Positions 50,135 through 61,457 of a DNA stretch of 64,000 nt are shown here, piece after piece (positions within the stretch are counted from its first letter, which is position 1; the number at the start of each line of letters is the position of its first letter). A program made the translations under genes and the position numbers. The stretch comes from Gammaproteobacteria bacterium. GTDB taxonomy: Bacteria; Pseudomonadota; Gammaproteobacteria; CBDBNL01; JAAOII01. The stretch is taken from the NCBI GenBank assembly GCA_965209035.1, contig OZ242372.1, positions 1,312,001 through 1,376,000 on the forward strand, read 5' to 3'. The notes under the pieces are model-generated. The model was given only the letters and a program-made list of their open reading frames with translations, did no database searches and was not told the DNA's origin.

Positions 50135-52808
50135 CTACTGCCGTCGCTGCTGCTCTTCCACGCTGACAGGAAGACAGTTCAAAACGGGATACTGGTCTGC
50201 ATCGCCGAGATCCCAGACGCTTAAAAATCCGGCAGGTTGGATCGCCTCTTCTATTACTTCGCCCGTGTCCGGATCACACCGGATGTTATCCCAGTCGGCA
50301 TAGATGCTCCCGGCAAACTCGGTCGGCGATTGTAAGTCTGTCGTGCTATAACCCTCGCCCAAATCATCGGCACTGGCTGACTGCCCGGTGGTTTGATTAT
50401 CCCAATAGGAAGCATTGACGGTGGTTACCTCATCGGCACGGCCGAGCAAACCGCCGACATTAATACCGAAACTTGAAACAAGCCCGGCGGCATAAGAATA
50501 ACGAATATTAGAATTCCGGCCATCCCCAACCAATCCGCCAACAAAATTAAGTCCGGTAACACTTCCGCCGGATACATAAGCATAGCGAATATCAAAATTG
50601 CGAGAAAATCCAACCAGTCCGCCAACATTGCTAGCACCGAAAGAACTTGTGCCGCTGTGAAATACTTCCCCGGCAACATTCACGCCGGACGTATAAGCAT
50701 AACGAATATCAGACTCAGCACTAAACCCGGGATTAGACTCGGAACTAGTCCAACCGCCGACTAGTCCGCCAATATTCTGTCCGGTTCCAACAACACTTCC
50801 GCCGGACACAGACGCATAGCGAATATCAATATACCGGCCATGCCCAACCAGTCCGCCAATACTAAAAAACTGGCCGGAAACATCTACGCCGGACACAGAC
50901 GCATAGCGAATATCCATATTCTGACCATTCCCAACCAGTCCGCCAATACTAAAAAACTGGCCGGAAACATCTACGCCGGTTGAATGAGCATAGCGAATAA
51001 CAGCACCCCGACCATCTCCAACCAATCCGCCGACGTCGTTGGCATCCGGACTCATCACACTGCCACTCGTAACCGACAAATTCTCATAACGGGCATCCCT
51101 GCCATGGCCTACCAGTGTGCCCACAGCATTGTCACCGCCATTGACATTTGCATTTAAGAGATGCAGATTTTGAAGACTGCCATTGAACGCAGCGAATAAG
51201 CCCACTCCATTGACGGTATCATCCGCAGCAATGAACAGACCGGCAAGAGCATAGCCGCCGCCGTCAAAGATTCCCGTATAAGAGGTGCAAACATCTGCAT
51301 CAGAACAGGAGCCAATCGGCAGCCAGCCGCTGCCGGCACGATCTGTCCAGTCGTCCATATTACCGCTGCTACCGCTACCCGTGGCATAGGAAGCCACATC
51401 GCTAAAATTGAGCGAGCGGGTCAATTCGTAACCCGAGCAGCCGACAGTATCCGGGCAACCCACAGAGCCCACAGAAGTAATATCGCCAATATTGCCATTA
51501 TCCGTCCCATCGCCGTTTAGATCATCGCGCAGCCGCGCCAAGTCATCCAAAGTCCAAATTTCTATGAGGCCATTATTATTGTCATCCACATCCGCCACCG
51601 TCGTCGTGTTTGCTTCGTTCGGAAAACCGTCACCATCATCGTCCAGATCTTCCGTCAAGTCTGTATCACAACTGTCAACCAGACTATCCGGCATACCATC
51701 GCCATCCGTGTCGGTACTCGCACATGCATCTGTGCTAAACGCATCCTCCGCATCTTTCGTACCGTCATTGTCATCGTCATCATCACAGACATCGCCGAGT
51801 GCATCCTGATCATTATTGGACTGCCCCGGATTATTGACAAACTGGCAGTTATCCGCCGCCGTGGTCGCGTTTGCCACATCCGGCAAACCATCATTGTCAT
51901 CATCCGGATCACAGGCATCGCCTAACCCATCCGTATCATTATCATCTTGCCCCGGATTATTGACAAACTGGCAATTATCCGCCGCCGTGGTCGCGTCTGC
52001 CACATCCGGCAAACCATCATTGTCATCATCCGGATCACAAACATCGCCTAACCTATCCGTATCATTATCATCCTGCCCCGGATTCCTAACTAGCGGACAA
52101 TTATCTTCTATATTCGACAAACCATCAATATCAATGTCCCTATCCAAGCCTATGTCTTGATCCGCCCCGGTTGTGCCGGACACAGGAGATGACATCGCGG
52201 TATCGCCGTCCTTATAGAGTACCGTAATCGTGATCCGGTAAGCGGTGTTATTGGTTAGATCCATAATGTTGTAGATGACCCGAGCAAGCGGCGCAACATC
52301 CGCAGGGGCATTGGGACCTATTTCGCTCTTTACCTCACCACTGCCGCCGCGCCAAGTAATATTAAACCCGGTGATGTTCATCTGATCCGGATTGGTCCAA
52401 CCGACAAAAATATGATCCTCGCCAACCAGAGTCTGGATATTGGAAACAGCCCGGGGATTTTGGCCATTGTCAGTGCCGCCACTGCTATCGCCGCCGCTAC
52501 CGCCGCCGCCACAACCGGCCAGGACCAAACCGAACATACCCGCCAGCAGCACACCATAAAAGCGAGCCGGCGTATCCGGCTGACGGCAAGCATTAGAGGC
52601 CGCTGTGGCGGCAATGTAACAGTGGTGTGTGTGTGTGTGGGGGGGGGGGGGGGAGCATTAGAGACCGCCGTAGCGACAATGTAACCCGCCCGCCAAACGA
52701 CATCATAGTATTTGGCATATTATTAAGGCCCCGCACGAATGCCGGGCATGACAGCCAGCCGTGTATTGCTTTCGCCGACCGAACAGGAAAAAAGTATAAC
52801 TTATTCAT
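50135..52808 (-). CDS. Lipoprotein (paralog 5); leader (ATG 52808) is out of frame with the body (50135-52552) at a C15(AC)7 tract
   Basis: Leader MNKLYFFPVRSAK matches MNQLYFFPARPAK of paralog 6; body PARFYGVLLAGMFGLVLAGC is open up to the tract. Confidence 0.8.
52625..52653. repeat. (GT)7 G15 simple sequence repeat
   Basis: Read directly from sequence. Confidence 0.95.
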
Positions 52809-52929
52809 TGTGTTGTTATCGTGTTGTTATCCGTATTAATTATTCATTTAACTTTTATGCGGATGGAATGATTCCATATCCTTTATTAATTATAACACCT
52901 ATTTCCAAAATGTGTCTGTGGCGGATCAC

Positions 52930-53120
52930 CTCGTCCGCCAGAACCTCAAACCGCCGAGAACCGTCGGCTCTTTAACTTGAGGACGCACAATGCCCGGATC
53001 AGAGTCCGGAGCCTTTATGAGACTATGCAACCCAGTTTCGGACTTTTTTTGTTTTTGTAAAAACCGGATCGGCGAGAGTTGTTTGTGGGCATCGCGGGGA
53101 TCTGCCAAATGATATCAACG
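52930..53120. mobile_element. Tail-to-head junction of two partial MITE-like copies; another fragment at 53340-53382
   Basis: ...gagtccggagcctttatgagactatgca|acccagtttcggac...ggatcggcgagagttgtt. Confidence 0.7.
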
Positions 53121-53595
53121 CATCCCTCTCATTTTAAATCCGCAGGGCAGCCGCATCCGCACCCACACCCATATAGCGCACTGTGTCGCCAGCGAGAGTG
53201 CCGCGACAGATTTTGAACAACAGGCCGCCGCCCGCACCGCGGCGACCGGAGTAGTTGGCAGTCCGGCTTACTCGCCTTATATTTTTATTCTTGCGGCACT
53301 TGAACCCGGCACCCTCCTGTTTGCGGGTTCCTTAATAGACGGACTTGTTTTTGCAAAAACCGGATCGGCGAGAGTTGTTGAGGAAAAAACGCGTATCAGC
53401 CGGCATAAAAGGTCCGGGCGCTTGCCAATAGATTTCGAATAACAGATGAAAGGCAGAGACTAAGAATAAGTTGGAAGTTGAAAGTTGAACGGGCAGTCGT
53501 CTTATTTGTCGTGCTCTGCCTTGCCCCGTCCTGTCTTGTCCTGCCCCGTCCCGATCTGCCGGTCCGTTCCGGGGCTTTCCTCTTGCCGGCCTCTC

Positions 53596-56500
53596 TTACC
53601 TGCCTTGCGCCGAGAGGCCGCCCGGCACGCAGTTCAGGGCCGGGTATTGTGTGCTGTTACCGAGATCCCAAACACGGATGAAACCGAGCGGTTGGGAAGA
53701 ACTTGTTATGTCCTCGCCCGTGTTCGTGTTGCACCAAGCATTGCCCCAGTCGGCATAGATTCCCGTGAAGTCGGTCGGCGATTGTAAGGCTGTCGTGTTA
53801 TAACCCACGCCCAAATTACCGGCACTCATAGACTGCATGGTGGTTTGATTGTCCCAATAGGTGGCAGTGACGGCGGTGCCACTATTGGTGAAGCCGATCA
53901 ACCCACCGACAACATCCTCATCCCCACCTGAAATAAGCCCGGGGGCGGCATAAGAATAATTAATTTGAGCTCCTATCCCATCCCCAACCAGGCCGCCAAC
54001 AGAATTGTTTCCGGAAACACTTCCGCCGAGCACATAGGCATAGCGAATATCCGCATCCTCACCAAACCCAACCAGGCCGCCAACAGAATCTTCCCCGCTA
54101 ACACTTCCGCCGAGCACATAAGCATAGCGAATATTCGCATTCTCACCAAACCCAACCAGGCCGCCAATAGCAACACCCACCCCGGAAACATTCACACCGG
54201 ACACGGACGCATAGCGAATGTCCGCATGCTCACCAAACCCAACCAGGCCGCCGGCAAAAAAACGCGCCCCGACATTCACACCGGACACGGACGCATTGCG
54301 AATATTCGCATGCTCACCATTCCCAACCAGGCCGCCGGCAGCATTCCTCCCGGCAACACTACCGCCGGACACGGACGCATTGCGAATATCCGCATTCCAA
54401 CCCAACCCAACCAGGCCGCCGGCAATACCACCGAAAACATCCACACCGGACACGGACGCATTGCGAATATCCGCATTCTGACCAAACCCAACCAGGCCGC
54501 CGGCAAAAAAACGCGCCCCGGAAGAAACACTACCGCCGGACACGGACGCATTGCGAATATCCGCATTCTGACCAAACCCAACCAGGCCGCCCACATTAGT
54601 GGCATCGCCACTGACATTTGCATTCCGGAGATGCAGATTTTGGATATCGCCGGTTAAGGCACCAAACAACCCCACTCCATTGGCAGTATTATTCGCAGAG
54701 ATGAACAGATCGGCAATACGATAACCCCCGCCGTCAAAGATTCCGGTATAAGAAGAAGTACAAACATCCACAGCGGAACAAGAGCCGATCGGCTGCCAGC
54801 CGCTGCCGCTGAGATTCGTCCAAACAACTTGATTGCCACTGCCCGCGGCATAGGAATCCGCATCACTAAAATTGAACGAGCGAGTTAATTCATAACCCTC
54901 ACAGCCGCCGTCATCGTCATCCGGGCAGCCCATAGAACCCACAGAGGTGATCTCGGGGATACGGCCATCATCCGCCCCATCGCCGTTCAGATCATCGCGC
55001 AGCCGCGCCAAGTCATCCAAAGTGTGGATCTCTATCAAGCCATTATTATTGTCATCCACATCCTCATCGTTATCCCGACAGCCGTCACCGTCATCGTCCG
55101 TCCCCGCCAAAGAAGTCCAGCCGGTAACACCGGTTGGGCAAGTATCCGCAAGATCCTCCACACCGTCATTGTCATCGTCACCATCACAGGCATCACCGCC
55201 GTCAGCCGCACTGTCCGTGTTGGCTTGGTCCGCATTGGCAACCAACGGACAATTATCGTTATCATCATCCCTATCGTCATTGTCATCGTCCGGATCTTCT
55301 ATTAAGGTGGTATTCACACCGGTCCTGCAGCCGGCAGATAATCTGTCAGGCATGCCGTCCTCATCCGTATCGGTGCTCGCACAGGCATCTGTCCGGAACG
55401 CATCGACCGTATCCGCCACGCCATCATTGTCATCGTCCGGATCTTCTGTTAAGTTGGTATTCACACCGGTCGTGCAACCGGCAGATAAGCTGTCCGGCTT
55501 GCCGTCCTCATCCGTGTCGGTACTCGCACAGGCATCCGTCACAAACGCATCTACGTCATTCAAGGTATCATCATCGTCAATATCTGTGCCTACACCCGCA
55601 TCCGCTCCCGTTGTACCAGACACAGGAGGTGAGGTCACGATAGTGCCGTTTTCATAACGCACCGCAATCGTGATGTTGTAGGCGGTGTTATTGGTTAAGC
55701 CCGTAATGTTGTAGATGACCCGAGCAAGCGGCGCAACATCCGCCGCGGTAGAATTAAGTTCTTTTGTTGTGCCGCCATCGCTCGCATCTTCACGGCGTGT
55801 GGTAATAACGAACCCGGTGATATTCATCCGGTTCGGATTGGTCCAACCCACGAGAATATGATCCTCACCGACCAGAGTCTGGATATTGGAAACAGCCGGG
55901 GAATTCCGAGGAGTGGAAAGGCCGTTCGGCAGGCAGTTCAGGGCCGGGTATTGGCTGCTTGTGCCGAGATCCCAGACGCGGATGAAACCGGGCGGTTGGG
56001 AAGAACTTGTTATGTCCTCGCCGGTGTTGGGGTTGCACCAGAAGTTGCCCCAGTCGGCATAGATTCCCGTGAAGTCGGTCGGCGATTGTAAGGCTGTCGT
56101 GCTATGACCCTCGCCCAAATTACCGGCACTCATAGACTGCATGGTGGTTTGATTGTCCCAATAGGTGGCAGTGACGGCGGTGCCACTATTGCTGAAGCCG
56201 ATCAACCCACCGACATCAACGGAACCTGAAACAAGCCCGGGGGCGGCATAAGAATAATTAATTTGAGCTTCTATCCCATCCCCAACCAGGCCGCCAACAG
56301 AATCTTCCCCGCTAACACTTCCGCCGAGCACATAGGCATAACGAATATCCGCATCCTCACCATACCCAACCAGGCCGCCAACAGAATTGTTTCCGGAAAC
56401 ACTTCCGCCGAGCACATAAGCATAGCGAATATCCGCATTCTCACCAGACCCAACCAGCCCGCCAATAGCAAAACCAAAACCCGCCCCGGAAACATTCACA

Positions 56501-59052
56501 CCGGACACGGACGCATAGCGAATGTCCGCATCCTCACCATACCCAACCAGGCCGCCGGCAGTATTCCTCCCGGCAACACTTCCGCCGGACACGGACGCAT
56601 AGCGAATATCCACATTTAGACCATTCCCAACCAGGCCGCCGGTAGCATCACTCCCGGAAACACTTCCGCCGGACACGGACGCATTGCGAATATCCGCATT
56701 AAGTCCCCGCCCAACCAGGCCGCCGGCAACATTCCCGAAAACACTTCCGCCGGACACGGACGCATTGCGAATATCCGCATTCCTACCATACCCAATCAGG
56801 CCGCCGGCAACACTCCCGATAACACTTCCGCCGGACACGGACGCATTGCGAATATCCGCATTCCTACCATTCCCAACCAGGCCGCCCACATCAGCGGCAC
56901 GGCCACGGACATTTGCATTCCGGAGATGCAGATTTTGGATATCGCCGGTTAAGGCACCAAACAACCCCACTCCATAGACAGTATCGCTCGCAGAGATGAA
57001 CAGATCGGCAATACGATAACCGCCGCCGTCAAAGATTCCGGTATAAGAGGTGCAAACATTCACATCAGAACAAGAGCCGATCGGCTGCCAGCCGCTGCCG
57101 GTCGTCCAAGCATCCATATTGCCACTGCCCGCGGCATAGGAATCCGCATCGCTAAAATTGAACGAGCGAGTTAATTCATAACCCACACAGCCGCCGTCAT
57201 CCGGGCAGCCCCTAGAACCCACAGAGGTGATCTCGGGGATACGGCCATCATCCGTCCCATCGCCGTTCAGATCATCGCGCAGCCGCGCCAAGTCATCCAA
57301 AGTGTGGATCTCGATCAATCTATTATTATTGTCATCCACATCCTCATCGTTATCCCGACAACCGTCACCGTCATCGTCCGTCCCCGCCAAAGAAGTCCAG
57401 CCGGTAACACCGGTTGGGCAAGTATCCGCAAGATCCTCCACACCGTCATTGTCATCGTCACCATCACAGGCATCACCGCCGTCAGCCGCACTGTCCGTGT
57501 TGGTTTGGTCCGCATTGGCAACCAACGGACAATTATCGTTCGGATCTGCCTCGCCGTCATTGTCATCGTCCGAATCTTCATCTGTGTCGCGACAGCCGTC
57601 ACCGTCATGGTCCGCGGACGCATTGGAAGTCCAGCCGGTAACACCGGTCGGACAAGTATCCGCAAGATCCTCCACGCCGTCATTGTCATCGTCACCATCA
57701 CAGGCATCACCGCCGTCAGCCGCATTGTCCGTGTTGGCTTGGTCCGCATTGGCAACCAACGGACAATTATCGTTCGGATCCGCCTCGCCGTCATTGTCAT
57801 CGTCCGGATCTTCATCTGTGTCGCGACAGCCGTCACCGTCATGGTCCGCGGACGCATTGGAAGTCCAGCCGGTAACACCGGTTGGGCAAGTATCGGCCGG
57901 ATCCTCCACGCCATCATTGTCATCGTCACCATCACAGGCATCACCGCCGTCAGCCGCATTGTCCGTGTTGGTTTGGCCCGCATTGGCAACCAACGGACAA
58001 TTATCGATATCATCATCCCTGTCGTCATTGTCATCGTCCGGATCTTCTATTAAGTTGGTATTCACATCGGTCCTGCAGCCGGCAGATAATCTGTCCGGCA
58101 TGCCGTCCTCATCCGTATCGGTGCTCGCACAGGCATCTGTCCGGAACGCATCGACCGTATCCGCCACGCCATCATTGTCATCGTCCGGATCTTCTGTTAA
58201 GTTGATATTCACATCGGTCCTGCAGCCGGCAGATAATCTGTCCGGCATGCCGTCATTATCCGTATCGGTACTCGCACAGGCATCTGTCCGGAACGCATCG
58301 TCCGTATCCGCCACGCCATCATTGTCATCGTCCGGATCTTCTGTTAAGGTAGTATTCACACCGGTCGTGCAACCGGCAGATAATCTGTCCGGCTTGCCGT
58401 CATTATCCGTGTCGGTACTCGCACAGGCATCCGTCGGAAACGCATCTACGTTATTCGAGGTATCATCATCGTCAATATCTGTGCCTACACCCGCATCCGC
58501 TCCCGTTGTGCCAGACACAGGAGGTGAGGTCCTCCCGATAATGCCGTTCTTATAACGCACCGCAATCGTGATGTGATAGGTGATGTCATTGGTTAAGCCC
58601 GTAATGTTGTAGATGACCCGAGCAAGCGGCGCAACATCCGCCGCGGTAGAATTAAGTTCTTTTGTTGTGCCACCATCGCTCGCATCGTCACGGCGTATGG
58701 TAATAACGAACCCGTCGATATTATCCGGAGCCGGATTAGTCCAACCCACGAGAATATGATCCTCACCGACCAGAGTCTGGATATTGGAAACAGCCGGGGA
58801 ATTCTGAGGAGCGGGATCGCCGCCGCCACAACCTGTCAGGACCAAACCGAACATACCCGCCAGCAGCACACCGTAAAAACGAGCCGGTATGCGCATCCGT
58901 CGTGCCCTATTGGGTTCGGGAAAAGCCTTAAAGGCATTAAAGACATTAAAGGGATTAAAAGTATTATTAAGGAGACGCGCAGATACCGTGCCTCTTTGTT
59001 CGCGGCACATTTCTTTCGCCGGCCGCGCAGGAAAAAAGTATAACTGATTCAT
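53596..59052 (-). CDS. Giant lipoprotein (paralog 6): two tandem FN3-TSP3-GLUG modules
   Basis: Lipobox VLTGC; NSPAVSNIQTLVGEDHILVGW occurs twice; many DNCP and DAC repeats. Confidence 0.88.
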   Translation of the reverse strand: MNQLYFFPARPAKEMCREQRGTVSARLLNNTFNPFNVFNAFKAFPEPNRARRMRIPARFYGVLLAGMFGLVLTGCGGGDPAPQNSPAVSNIQTLVGEDHILVGWTNPAPDNIDGFVITIRRDDASDGGTTKELNSTAADVAPLARVIYNITGLTNDITYHITIAVRYKNGIIGRTSPPVSGTTGADAGVGTDIDDDDTSNNVDAFPTDACASTDTDNDGKPDRLSAGCTTGVNTTLTEDPDDDNDGVADTDDAFRTDACASTDTDNDGMPDRLSAGCRTDVNINLTEDPDDDNDGVADTVDAFRTDACASTDTDEDGMPDRLSAGCRTDVNTNLIEDPDDDNDDRDDDIDNCPLVANAGQTNTDNAADGGDACDGDDDNDGVEDPADTCPTGVTGWTSNASADHDGDGCRDTDEDPDDDNDGEADPNDNCPLVANADQANTDNAADGGDACDGDDDNDGVEDLADTCPTGVTGWTSNASADHDGDGCRDTDEDSDDDNDGEADPNDNCPLVANADQTNTDSAADGGDACDGDDDNDGVEDLADTCPTGVTGWTSLAGTDDDGDGCRDNDEDVDDNNNRLIEIHTLDDLARLRDDLNGDGTDDGRIPEITSVGSRGCPDDGGCVGYELTRSFNFSDADSYAAGSGNMDAWTTGSGWQPIGSCSDVNVCTSYTGIFDGGGYRIADLFISASDTVYGVGLFGALTGDIQNLHLRNANVRGRAADVGGLVGNGRNADIRNASVSGGSVIGSVAGGLIGYGRNADIRNASVSGGSVFGNVAGGLVGRGLNADIRNASVSGGSVSGSDATGGLVGNGLNVDIRYASVSGGSVAGRNTAGGLVGYGEDADIRYASVSGVNVSGAGFGFAIGGLVGSGENADIRYAYVLGGSVSGNNSVGGLVGYGEDADIRYAYVLGGSVSGEDSVGGLVGDGIEAQINYSYAAPGLVSGSVDVGGLIGFSNSGTAVTATYWDNQTTMQSMSAGNLGEGHSTTALQSPTDFTGIYADWGNFWCNPNTGEDITSSSQPPGFIRVWDLGTSSQYPALNCLPNGLSTPRNSPAVSNIQTLVGEDHILVGWTNPNRMNITGFVITTRREDASDGGTTKELNSTAADVAPLARVIYNITGLTNNTAYNITIAVRYENGTIVTSPPVSGTTGADAGVGTDIDDDDTLNDVDAFVTDACASTDTDEDGKPDSLSAGCTTGVNTNLTEDPDDDNDGVADTVDAFRTDACASTDTDEDGMPDRLSAGCRTGVNTTLIEDPDDDNDDRDDDNDNCPLVANADQANTDSAADGGDACDGDDDNDGVEDLADTCPTGVTGWTSLAGTDDDGDGCRDNDEDVDDNNNGLIEIHTLDDLARLRDDLNGDGADDGRIPEITSVGSMGCPDDDDGGCEGYELTRSFNFSDADSYAAGSGNQVVWTNLSGSGWQPIGSCSAVDVCTSSYTGIFDGGGYRIADLFISANNTANGVGLFGALTGDIQNLHLRNANVSGDATNVGGLVGFGQNADIRNASVSGGSVSSGARFFAGGLVGFGQNADIRNASVSGVDVFGGIAGGLVGLGWNADIRNASVSGGSVAGRNAAGGLVGNGEHANIRNASVSGVNVGARFFAGGLVGFGEHADIRYASVSGVNVSGVGVAIGGLVGFGENANIRYAYVLGGSVSGEDSVGGLVGFGEDADIRYAYVLGGSVSGNNSVGGLVGDGIGAQINYSYAAPGLISGGDEDVVGGLIGFTNSGTAVTATYWDNQTTMQSMSAGNLGVGYNTTALQSPTDFTGIYADWGNAWCNTNTGEDITSSSQPLGFIRVWDLGNSTQYPALNCVPGGLSAQGR

Positions 59053-59154
59053 TATTTTCTATTGTTTATTATTGTTTTGCTGTTATGGTTAATGGGAATT
59101 ATATGCTTTGTGACCCATAAAAAAGTAAGTGCCATTATTATTACATTAAATGAG

Positions 59155-59660
59155 TGTATAGCCCCACCCAGTTTCGGACTTTTTTTATCTTTGTAAAAAC
59201 CGGATCGGAGAGAGTTGTTGGTGAGCATAGTGGGGACGTCCGCGATGATACCAAGCCAGCCATGCGATGAACTTGGCATTGAATGCCGGCATATCCTTTA
59301 AACAGGAGATGCCGCATATTATTGAAACCGTGCACGCGATAACCCCCCGTATGGCAAATATAGCGTAAACGTGTCCCGCTCATTTCCAATGTGCAGTCCG
59401 GCTGCCCTCACAAACCGTACCGTCTTGCCAGCGGATACACCCAGACAGTTTTATCAACAACAAGCCTCCTCTGTATGCGGCGGTGAGAGCAAAATAACTA
59501 TCCGTCTTGCTTGTCCGGTTCATTCATCCGGCTCCACATACCGGAGACCCGTTGCCGGATCTATTTGCGACCCGTCCGCCAGAGCCTCTAATCGCCGGCT
59601 CTTTAATTTGAGGACGCACCATACCAAACTCAGAGTCCGGAACCTTTATGAGATCATGCA
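59155..59660. mobile_element. 506-bp non-autonomous element, longest member of the dispersed family
   Basis: Both end motifs present; decayed minus-strand pieces EEAC, IRWQDGTVC and RYICHT...FN resemble an IS1595-type zinc ribbon. Confidence 0.6.
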
Positions 59661-59994
59661 TGCAGTCGCCGGGTGATCGACCGCGGCATCTCAGATGTCA
59701 AACGCGTCCGTTTGTGTTTGGCAGATTCTCGTTGCCGGCACAAACGCTCGGCTTGCTGATGACGATAGCCACGCAAACCCGCATTACGCGCCAGTTCCCA
59801 ACTCAGCGTCGCCGGACTACGCCTTAATACCCGGGCAATTTTCCGTTGTAAATATCCTTCTCGGTGCATTTTTTCGAGCGTCCGCCGTTCTTCTTTGGTC
59901 AGTCTTTTGTAATGTTTTTTTGTGAAATGCTTCCTTAAATTTTGTAAAATTCAAGGAAGCGTTTCGCGGCATTGCACTAGTTACTTGAATTCGC
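59661..59994 (-). mobile_element. Truncated IS30-family element (left end and HTH region)
   Basis: gcgaattcaagtaactagtgcaat end at 59971-59994; QRKIARVLRRSPATLSWELARN...GY. Confidence 0.75.
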
Positions 59995-60148
59995 ACACAG
60001 AACAAAAAATGAAAAATAATAAAAAACAAACTTTAATAAGCAAAGAAGATAAAACGGTTCTTCAAATTTTAGAAGGGTTAAGTAAGGAATACGATGATGC
60101 GAGGAGAATGAATGATTATCTTTCTTTGCTCACCAAGCATTCGCTGTC

Positions 60149-60343
60149 TGCGGCGGCAAGAGCAAAATAACTATCTGTCTTTCTTGTCCGGTTCATTCAT
60201 CCGGCTTCACATACCGGAGACCCGTTGCCGGATCTATTTGCGACCCGTCCGACAGAACCTCTAACCGCCGGGAACAGCCGGCTCTTTAATTTGAGGACGC
60301 ACAATACCAAACGCAGAGTCCGGAACCTTTATGAGATCATGCA
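60149..60343. mobile_element. Partial copy of the dispersed element
   Basis: Direct repeat of 59476-59660 with the same terminus atgagatcatgca. Confidence 0.8.
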
Positions 60344-60350
60344 ACGCTAA

Positions 60351-61457
60351 GTGAAAGACCGAGAGAACAGAGACACTGCCGGCACGGGCGAATTGACCCT
60401 GCCAAAGAAAGGGCGGGGCAGTTTGATAAACCCGGCAAACCGATACGAAAATATTGCGGTTGCCAAAGAAGACGACGGCTGGGGCAGTCTGGCGGACGAG
60501 CCGGAGCGTGTCCCCACCGAGTTGATTGCCGACGCCACCCGCACAATTATCAACTATGTCAAGTCGCCGGACATCCCCTTTGACCGCACTATTAATGTCT
60601 ACCGGGGTTGCGAACACGGTTGCATCTATTGTTATGCCCGCCCTTCCCACGCCTATCTTGGCTTTTCGCCCGGCCTGGACTTTGAGACCAAAATCGTCTA
60701 CAAAAAACACTGCGCCAACCTGCTGCGCGCCGAACTCAACCACCCCAAGTATCGGTGCGAGCCGATCGCCATGGGCAGCAACACCGACCCCTATCAACAA
60801 ACCGAACGCAAGATGAAACTCACCAGAGCGGTGCTGGAGGTTCTGCAAGAGGCGCGCCACCCGCTGTCCATCGTCACCAAATCCGGCCTGGTGGAACGCG
60901 ATATGGATATTCTGCAGGACATGGCGCGGGACAACCTGGTGTGCGTTTTCTTGTCCGTCACCACCCTCAACCCAGAACTCGCCCGGCGAATGGAACCGCG
61001 TGCCGCCGCACCGGTGCGGCGACTGATGGCGTTGGAAAAACTAAACAAGGCGGGCATCCCGGCGGGGGTGATGGTCGCGCCCGTCATCCCCTTCATTAAT
61101 GACAAAGAAATGGAAACCATCATGCAACGCACGCACGACCTGGGGGCGCGCAGTGCCGGCTATGTGTTTCTGCGTTTGCCGTTGGAATTGAAAGAAATAT
61201 TCACCACCTGGTTGCACCACCATTATCCCCTGCAAGCCGAACGGGTGCTTGCCCGTATCCGCGACAGCCGAGACGGTGAACTTTATCAAAGCGCATTCGG
61301 CAAACGCATGCGCGGCGAGGGCATCTTCGCCGACCTCCTCGCCGACAGGTTCCGCCGCAAACGCAACAGTTTGAAGTTCACCGGCATCCCGCCACTCAAC
61401 CGCAAACTCTTCCGCCCGCCAAGCCCGCCGGCGGGGGCACAGCAGAAACTGATTTAG
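60351..61457 (+). CDS. PA0069/Rv2578c-family radical SAM protein (SplB-like)
   Basis: YRGCEHGCIYCYAR, NTDPYQ and MEPRAA motifs. Confidence 0.9.
   Translation: MKDRENRDTAGTGELTLPKKGRGSLINPANRYENIAVAKEDDGWGSLADEPERVPTELIADATRTIINYVKSPDIPFDRTINVYRGCEHGCIYCYARPSHAYLGFSPGLDFETKIVYKKHCANLLRAELNHPKYRCEPIAMGSNTDPYQQTERKMKLTRAVLEVLQEARHPLSIVTKSGLVERDMDILQDMARDNLVCVFLSVTTLNPELARRMEPRAAAPVRRLMALEKLNKAGIPAGVMVAPVIPFINDKEMETIMQRTHDLGARSAGYVFLRLPLELKEIFTTWLHHHYPLQAERVLARIRDSRDGELYQSAFGKRMRGEGIFADLLADRFRRKRNSLKFTGIPPLNRKLFRPPSPPAGAQQKLI

Noticed and set aside
53965-58555. Long antisense and alternate-frame ORFs over the lipoprotein genes
   Set aside because: Shadows of repetitive Gly/Asp-rich coding sequence
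59570-59660. Group II intron or omega/HEARO RNA
   Set aside because: No recognisable domain V, and no RT, IscB or TnpB gene; better explained as an element end
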